26,467 nucleotides of DNA. It comes from Fidelibacterota bacterium (lineage in GTDB: Bacteria > Fidelibacterota > Marinisomatia > Marinisomatales > JABMOV01). The notes beneath the pieces are model-generated. The model ran no database searches. It had not been told where the DNA came from and was given only the letters and a program-made list of their open reading frames with translations. How positions within the stretch are numbered: position 1 is the first letter of the stretch; every line of letters starts with the position of its first letter. Below, one piece after another: positions 7,245 to 14,300 of this stretch. Location of the stretch: positions 1-26,467 of the forward strand of contig JBHHUC010000027.1 in NCBI GenBank assembly GCA_046861395.1, given 5' to 3'. Both the position numbers and the translations under genes were made by a program.

Positions 7245-9767
7245 TTACCACCGCAATTTGAACTGGAAGAATAATTTCCATTCTTCCTCTCCTTCACTGG
7301 TTTCTTTAATTTCCCGTTCAATGGAATTGAATACACCGATTTGTTCCAGGTGAATCTGAAAATTGGTCAATTGGATATCGGCGAGGGACGGGTCGGACTG
7401 TACAAATCCGTTTATCTCCAGTACGCTGTCATAGTAATTCGGATTATTAAGATCGGTTTTATCTTCCGCTGTCAATTCCTTCTTGAAGACCAGAGACGTA
7501 AACTTGATATTTTTATCAATGTCGTTGGACAGAATTTTTAATATTTTTAATACGTTCTTAGTATGTATCCCGTCGTTTTTCAACAATTTATAATATCCAT
7601 CGATGATGTCCAAATCCTTTAAAATATCAAAATATTCCTGAGATTGTTCGGACAATGTTTCCCATTGATTTGTTTTTTCAACCACCTCTTTATTCATCAT
7701 TTTTATTTGAATATTGGAAAAGAATAAGGTTGTGATCAGGAAGGGCAGAATAAAGGCCGAAGAGGCGGCGGCCAATTTGGACAAGAAAATGAACCGGTAA
7801 CTGGCCAACGTATTTTTTGGCAGAATATTGAAAGTCTCAATTATATTATTCAATAGAGCAAAATTGAGAGAATACTTGGAAATTTCCTGCTCCCGGATAG
7901 TCACATTGTCATCAAAATGGAAAGTTTCATACCGAGTTGGATTCATCAGTTGAACATCCAGTTCCAAATTATCCGATAACACAGTCGTCATGTGGGGGAA
8001 ACTGGCTCCAATTCCATCTATAAATACACCGTCCCAGCTCATTTCGGAAAATTGCTTGGTAAAATAGTTTTTAGAGCGATTAATTTCATTGACCAGGCGT
8101 TCCACCGGTGGTCGCAGGAAGATCGAAAGTTTATACAGACTGATACCGAGTTTGGGTATGATTCCGTTCTTTTCTTGCGGAATACCGTAATCATGAATGA
8201 TTTTTACAGCCTTGTCTTCCTTGATTTCCACCGACCCGGCCTTGGTCATGATTTTCTGCTGTATGGCCTCATAGAATTCATTCGCACCCATGGCAATATC
8301 ACGGCTAAATACAAATTCATGATTGACGATCACAACCAGGGTTGTCGCATCATGACCGATATAGACAATGGCATAGGCTCCGGCTTTGAAATCCGGGTAA
8401 TTATGAATGAAGTTTTTCCAGATCAGAATGGGAATAGTGGAAAATAATCGTAATTTGATTTTATAGTTTTTATACTTACTGATTAACGATTCCAGTGTCG
8501 CCCGCTCGGCAGCCCCGACCACGACACTTTGTTTATTACTATCAACGATATCAGGAGCGGCACCCCAACTGATCGCCGCTTCATCCGGTTTAAAGGGAAT
8601 GGTTTTCTTAATATTCCAGGCTACTAAATCCTTCATTTCGGATTTTTTTACAACGGGAGTCTGGAATACCTTGGTACGGGTATTAACACCTTCATAATAC
8701 ACCGCGCCGTGTAGAGATTTACGATTGGTCGTCCTAATTTCTTTTTCCAGAATATAATCCAATAAATCTTCTACATGGTATAATACTTCATCACCAGCCT
8801 GGAAAGGAACTTCATAGGAATGAGCAAAGCGAATAATGGTCTCTGACTTGGTGGTTTCCAATTCCAGGACCTGGATGGCTTTTTTTTCAATAACAATGGA
8901 AAACCGATACCGGGATTCATTCAAATAACGTTTGATGAAGTTTAATGTTAACTCATTTTTCGTTGGTAAATAGCTTTGCGGCAAAGGAACAAATAAGCGA
9001 GAATTGAACTCATGGGGCGCAACTTCATGTTCACTGGCTTCCGATTCTCCGATCGCCTCAGCCGAACTGACCTGAATTTCACTGAGTAAATCACCTACTC
9101 CCGGCCCCTGATCATCAAATGATAGCGATTCTGGCTGATCCGGTAACGGTGTTTTTTTCGGTTCTTCGACCGACTTCGGGATCGGCGTCTCCGACGTCAA
9201 ATCCGGTATCTCCTCTTCCCCCGCCTCCGGGGAAACTGTGTCCGCCTCGGCAGCAGGCTGGTCCGGGGCGATTTTTTCTGATACCGGGGTTTCTTCAGTA
9301 CCGGTCTTTGATTTTAATACATCAAAAAGATTTTGAGAAAATTCATCCGGATCGGCTGTGGGCTGGTGTTGTTCGATGTCCAGTGCTTCCAATTGTGGTT
9401 CATCAGCAGGTAACACAGGTTCATCTTTCGGTTTCAAGGCGTCGGCTAGACTTTCCAGGAGTTCCTGGGACGAAATCTGCTCCTCGCTGTCCACCGCTGT
9501 ATCATCTTCCAACTCGGGAACCAGGGTTTTATCATCTACAATTGGTGATTCCGTGGCACTGCTTTGGTCGCCATCTTCAATTGTTACAGCAATGGGTTTA
9601 CCGTCTTTTTCTTCCGGTTGCGATTCTTTGGCAGCTTTTTCCTTTACCGCTTCAGGAATATCATCCGGTGTTCCGGCTTGTTGCGACCGCAATAAATCAA
9701 GCAACCGATTGGTAGCTAATTCTTTTTGTTCTTTCGGTTTTTTTTCTTCAGACACGGAAAGGATCAC
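7245..9767 (-). CDS. PilM-PilN fusion (MshI/GspL-like) with long acidic disordered N-terminal extension; start may be GTG at 9755
   Basis: PilM-like AIVYIGHDATTLVV...FSRDIAMG and VFIDGIGA...LSDNLELDVQLMNP, then the PilN signature FNILP (INLLP-like), a TM helix, coiled coil and PilN-like LKILSND...IKFTSL...LEINGFV...F...LEQ..VF. First ~250 aa are D/E/P-rich. Confidence 0.8.
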   Translation of the reverse strand: MILSVSEEKKPKEQKELATNRLLDLLRSQQAGTPDDIPEAVKEKAAKESQPEEKDGKPIAVTIEDGDQSSATESPIVDDKTLVPELEDDTAVDSEEQISSQELLESLADALKPKDEPVLPADEPQLEALDIEQHQPTADPDEFSQNLFDVLKSKTGTEETPVSEKIAPDQPAAEADTVSPEAGEEEIPDLTSETPIPKSVEEPKKTPLPDQPESLSFDDQGPGVGDLLSEIQVSSAEAIGESEASEHEVAPHEFNSRLFVPLPQSYLPTKNELTLNFIKRYLNESRYRFSIVIEKKAIQVLELETTKSETIIRFAHSYEVPFQAGDEVLYHVEDLLDYILEKEIRTTNRKSLHGAVYYEGVNTRTKVFQTPVVKKSEMKDLVAWNIKKTIPFKPDEAAISWGAAPDIVDSNKQSVVVGAAERATLESLISKYKNYKIKLRLFSTIPILIWKNFIHNYPDFKAGAYAIVYIGHDATTLVVIVNHEFVFSRDIAMGANEFYEAIQQKIMTKAGSVEIKEDKAVKIIHDYGIPQEKNGIIPKLGISLYKLSIFLRPPVERLVNEINRSKNYFTKQFSEMSWDGVFIDGIGASFPHMTTVLSDNLELDVQLMNPTRYETFHFDDNVTIREQEISKYSLNFALLNNIIETFNILPKNTLASYRFIFLSKLAAASSAFILPFLITTLFFSNIQIKMMNKEVVEKTNQWETLSEQSQEYFDILKDLDIIDGYYKLLKNDGIHTKNVLKILKILSNDIDKNIKFTSLVFKKELTAEDKTDLNNPNYYDSVLEINGFVQSDPSLADIQLTNFQIHLEQIGVFNSIEREIKETSEGEEEWKLFFQFKLRW

Positions 9768-10575
9768 TGTCTTTCATTCTTTCAAATACGTCGGCCCCCG
9801 AGACCTTGGTCTTGCCCGCCATCAGCATATCAATGATTAACTGGTGACATGATGTGACGATTTTACGGGGAAACCCCTTCGTTTTCTCATGAATAATCCG
9901 CATGGCATCTTCAGTAAATAAAGGATCATCCATATCGGCACCGGCTACAGATAAACGGTGTGAAATAAATGCGATGGTATCATCCAGATCCAACGGTCGT
10001 AAGGTATATCCGAAGGATATGCGGTCCCTGAAATTTTCATGCTTATTGAGCAATTCCTTGAATTCCGGTTGGGCAAAAATGATCACTTGAATTAATTTGG
10101 AATCATTGGTTTCAAAATTCAGCAACGTGCGGATAATTTCGAGCTGGGCACTGCCCATTTTCTGTCCTTCATCTATGACCAGTACAATACGACGATTACT
10201 GTGAATGGCCATATCGATGAGATAATGTTCAATCTTGTCCATCATATCCACCTGATGATTATGCGTCTGCTTGATGCCGAACATTTTCTGCAGATACATG
10301 AGGAATTCGAAATTATCCTTCCAGGTCGGATCGAGAATCAGATAAAACTTATAATCCTTTCCAAATTCGACGAAGCGCCCCAGCAACAGTCGCGATAATG
10401 TCGTTTTTCCCGTCCCGATCCCACCAATAACCACATTCAAGCCACGATTGAGTCGCAGCGAAATTTCCAAGCGGTTTAAACATTCACCATGACTTTTAGA
10501 CTGGTAAAAGAACTTGGGATCCGGAGCCATGGAAAAAGGCTCTTTTTCTAACCGAAGCAGTTCATAATAATCCAT
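9748..10575 (-). CDS. ExeA/GspA/MshM-family AAA ATPase (stand-alone, no peptidoglycan-binding domain)
   Basis: YYELLRLEKEPFSMAPDPKFFY..SH, Walker A GGIGTGKT, Walker B VLVIDEGQ, LLNFET..KLIQVIIFAQPE, ISHRLSVAG, TKGFPRKI. Confidence 0.92.
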   Translation of the reverse strand: MDYYELLRLEKEPFSMAPDPKFFYQSKSHGECLNRLEISLRLNRGLNVVIGGIGTGKTTLSRLLLGRFVEFGKDYKFYLILDPTWKDNFEFLMYLQKMFGIKQTHNHQVDMMDKIEHYLIDMAIHSNRRIVLVIDEGQKMGSAQLEIIRTLLNFETNDSKLIQVIIFAQPEFKELLNKHENFRDRISFGYTLRPLDLDDTIAFISHRLSVAGADMDDPLFTEDAMRIIHEKTKGFPRKIVTSCHQLIIDMLMAGKTKVSGADVFERMKDSDPFRV

Positions 10576-10598
10576 CGCTTATTTCCTGATAATGATGT

Positions 10599-11204
10599 TC
10601 ATTTTACCGAGTTTAAGTTCATCAAATAGGCATTGCAAAATTGCAGAATATCTTCCTCGGTCACCGGACTCTGTAGGACTTTATCAACCTGCAATTCCTT
10701 CAATTCGGATAAAATGCCATTCTCATAATTCTTTGTAATAACCAGGATGGGAAGATCCTGGAAAGATTTCTTGGAGCGGACCACTTTCAGGAATTCAATT
10801 TCGGATGTATCCCGTGATTTTAGGTCCATGATGATTAATCGTGGTGGAACCGGATGGACTTTCCGATAACCATCGAAACCATTGGAGGCGGAATCGATAT
10901 CGATTCCATTATACAGTCGCCGCAGTAATCCCTGGATTTCATCCAGCCGGACCGGATCATCATCAATAATCAACACATCGGCAGCATAATGTTTATCTCC
11001 AAAATAATAGGGATCATAAGTGAAGCCTTGTTCCGCCAGGAAAGAAATAAATTTTTCCCGTGTGATTCGATAATGACCCGAAGGAGTAGAAAACGCTTCC
11101 AGATTACCATGACGAATCCAGCGTTTTACCGTATTGACATCAACCTCACAATAGCGGGCCACATCACCGGTGGTATAAAATTTCTTTGGTTGCTTCGAAT
11201 TCAT
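10599..11204 (-). CDS. Response regulator with N-terminal BldC/excisionase-type (HTH_17, MerR-like) DNA-binding domain
   Basis: YTTGDVARYCEVDVNTVKRWIRHGNLEAFSTPSGHYRI is a BldC/Xis-type wHTH; receiver VLIIDDD...LIIMDL...VIT follows, with QSP in place of the conserved KP. Confidence 0.88.
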   Translation of the reverse strand: MNSKQPKKFYTTGDVARYCEVDVNTVKRWIRHGNLEAFSTPSGHYRITREKFISFLAEQGFTYDPYYFGDKHYAADVLIIDDDPVRLDEIQGLLRRLYNGIDIDSASNGFDGYRKVHPVPPRLIIMDLKSRDTSEIEFLKVVRSKKSFQDLPILVITKNYENGILSELKELQVDKVLQSPVTEEDILQFCNAYLMNLNSVK

Positions 11205-11227
11205 TTTTTGATGTTTCGCCGTATTTT

Positions 11228-11272
11228 AACGGTATTAATGAAATGAACGATATTCACAGTTTTAGTGATGTT
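11228..11272. repeat. Five head-to-tail imperfect 9-bp direct repeats (candidate operator)
   Basis: Plus strand: aacggtatt / aatgaaatg / aacgatatt / cacagtttt / agtgatgtt, exact 9-nt period, consensus about AAYGATRTT. Confidence 0.6.
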
Positions 11273-11296
11273 ACCACTTCTAAGTTTATATATCAA
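11268..11296 (-). promoter_or_regulatory. Sigma70-type promoter of the regulator/pilus operon
   Basis: Minus strand TTGATA (11296-11291), 17-nt spacer ending in TGG, TAACAT (11273-11268), giving an extended -10; predicted TSS near 11261. Confidence 0.6.
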
Positions 11297-11396
11297 GTAA
11301 TTTATGATGAAATTATAAAGAATATTTTGAAAGGGTATTCATGAGAACTTTGAGGATCATAATACGCACTAATAGAGGTAAAGTGTCTAGTGGCGA

Positions 11397-14300
11397 TTAT
11401 TTAAGGAGCATGAGCTTTTTAATAGCCGAATAAGATGGTGTCCGCAAACTCATAAGGTACATTCCGGCACTGACTGGTGAACCATCCCTGTTTCGTCCGT
11501 TCCATTTTATGGAATGAAATCCGGCAACTTCTTCCCGGTCCACCAGGCGTACTATTTCCTTCCCCAGGACATCATAAATTATAATCGTAACCCGGGTATC
11601 CTCCGGCAAATCGTAGTCAATTGTCGTGACTGGATTAAAGGGATTGGGATAGTTCTGCCGTAGAGCATAGGTGGCGGGAACCGGACGTTTGGTTTTTACC
11701 GTATAATAGGCATACGTCTGGAGCGAAGCGGTATTCGCCCCGTCACGTAAGTCACCGAAAAGATTGATTGTCGAATGCTCTCCCTGCAATCGCTCAAAGG
11801 TGATGCGTGCCAAAGCGGTTACCAAGTGCTCATCATCCGTTGCGGCTGCCGATTGGATAATCACATGGCCCGTTTCTTGGATATCTTTTTTCAGAAACAG
11901 CCATTGGGGCTCCAGGGCGGATTGAATAGATTCGACCTGCAACTCTTCCGGTTTATAATGGAGAGATAATGCAAATGCTCCGGCATCCAATGATGAATCG
12001 GTGAGGGCCACGGTAAGAATAAACCGGTTATCCGGTTCACCGGGTTTACGGTCGGGATAAGTGACGGAAACAGATAAATAATCATCATTTTCAATGGTTG
12101 ATCCCCGCGCCACGACTAGGTTACCATTATCCAGTGTCCAATTCCACATTTGGGCAAAAACCATCAAATCTTCAAAATCAAAACGGACATCGGGTTTAAC
12201 ATGAAAATAGGGGACCGTTCCCGTGACTGGCCCCACTTCCTGTTCCGGTAATACGGTATCCTGCATCCAGATATCCCGGAAGACCAGCAAATCTTCAAAA
12301 TTAATCTGATTATTTACATCATAATCGCCCAGGAAACGAACCGTGTAGACCAGATTCAATGTATCCTGTACACCGTCTGGATCATCGTTGAGGTTACCAT
12401 CGAACGGATTCCCGGCTTCATCCTGAAGGAGCGGAGAAAGATGTACGACGATTTGATCCCCGGCCGTCCACCCAGAGTCCGCCGCAATTTCAATGGATTG
12501 ATTCGTTCTGTTCCATTCAACCGTCGTATTGTAGGTTTCCCGGGTACCGGTAACCGTAACACCTGTCAGCACCGATAGGGAATCCAGAACCGACGACATG
12601 GTAATCATGATCGGTGACTGCCACAGTATGGGATCGTCCCCTGTATCAATAACATGAGGCAGGAATTCATTGTCTATATGAATTTGTATCGTATCTCCCT
12701 GACCGTATTCCCATTGGTCCTGCAAGGCAGCAGCGATGGTGATAATTGTATCCTGGTTAAATAAATCCGTTTCAGAATTCCAGCGAAGGTCCAACGTATA
12801 TTGATCCGACCCGATGTCGCTGATATCCTCATCTGGTACCAAAGGATTCCATACCGTTTGATCGTATGACCATGAGAAAGTTAATTGATAATGATCCTGG
12901 GTGGGATCCTGAATCTGGACGGGGATGGTGACAATCTGCGACATTTCCTCGAAGGGATCCAATGCCAATGTGAGATTCCCGACATGGTTATCCAAAATAA
13001 AAGGCCCGGTTACCATGTAATTTAATCCGATACCATCGAATGCAGTCACGCGAACAAAGACTTCGGTGGAATAACTGTCCCCCAAATCCATCTGGCTATC
13101 CCAGATTACCGTCACTGTATCAAGGCCGGGAATTCCGATCATATCCGACAGATACATCGGCTGCCAGGAAAGATTATCCACCATATATTCCCAGGTTATC
13201 TCTAGGGAATCCCCGTTGGCATCCAGAAACCAAGCTTGCACAATGACATCTCTGTGCTGCTCCGATTCCAAGGGAACTACATGGACTTCAGGCAATTGAT
13301 TATTTTGATTCATTCGAATGAAGATGGTCTGACGATCCGATAATTCCCCGTCCGACACAACGATTCGGAAGCTGGTATCGGTATGGAACGGTTCCGGGAC
13401 GCCAAACACCGAATCACCCGCGAGGGTACACCATGAAGGCAGATAATCCGCTGACCAGAACAGAGTTGAATCTTCTTGATCGATGGCAGTTCCGTGATAA
13501 ATAAAATATTGTCCGCTGTTGGCCTCAACCAGATTGCCGGAGGTAATGACCGGAGGATCATTGACGGGTGTTATATTGATGGTTACCTGCCAGGTCTGTG
13601 ACAGTTCACCATCACTTCCCGTTACAAAAAGGACTGTGTCCAAGTCCCCTTCTTCTGGTGTTCCATAGAGCGAGTCTGCCTCCACCACCGTCAACCAACT
13701 GGGTCTAACGGGAAAACTCCAGTTTATCATTGACCCTTCTGGATCAAATCCCGTGACACGGTAACCCACTGGACTATCTTCCATGGCGTATATATCAACC
13801 GCTGATGTCATGACCGGAGGGTCATTCACCGACAGGACCGTCAGATCAACAACCAGAGTATCGAGCAAAAAACCGTCATGGGTATACACGGTGAAACTGG
13901 TATCACTGTCCCCCTCGTTGGGCGTACCGAAAAGTGAATCAGCCGAGGCGGTCAGCCAGGTCGGGTAATCCACGAAAAACCAGGCATGAAATGAATTATC
14001 AGGGTCAACTACCTCACCCCGGTAAACATAGTACTCATCTTCCTGAGCGGTATCCTGGGCAGCAGAAACGATGACCGGCGGATCATTAATATAGTTGATA
14101 TGAACCGGGATGGTCAGTGAATCTGAAATCAATCCATCATCCACAACCAACCGGAAAATCGTATCACTGGCAAAATCATCCGGAGTACCGCTTATGGTCG
14201 CCCCGTTGGCATTCGTCCACCACGGATGAATATCATAATAATAATTTAATTGAGGATTGTCCACATCCACGGCTGACCCGGTGAAGGAAAACGGATTTTC

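Noticed and set aside
7241..7336. ORF-track N-terminal extension of pilO
   Set aside because: Overlaps the PilMN 3' end; the ATG at 7240 gives a normal TM-first PilO.
9119..9840. Overlapping plus-strand ORFs of 198 and 160 aa
   Set aside because: Antisense shadows of the low-complexity acidic N-terminus of the PilMN fusion.
11243..11258. Third CRP-like site in the pilus promoter (TGTGA-ATATCG-TTCAT on the minus strand)
   Set aside because: Only one good half-site; better explained as part of the 9-bp repeat array.
11364..11396. Possible terminator after the giant protein gene
   Set aside because: Stem (CGCCACTA/TAGTGCG) is bulged with a long loop and has no real U-tract.
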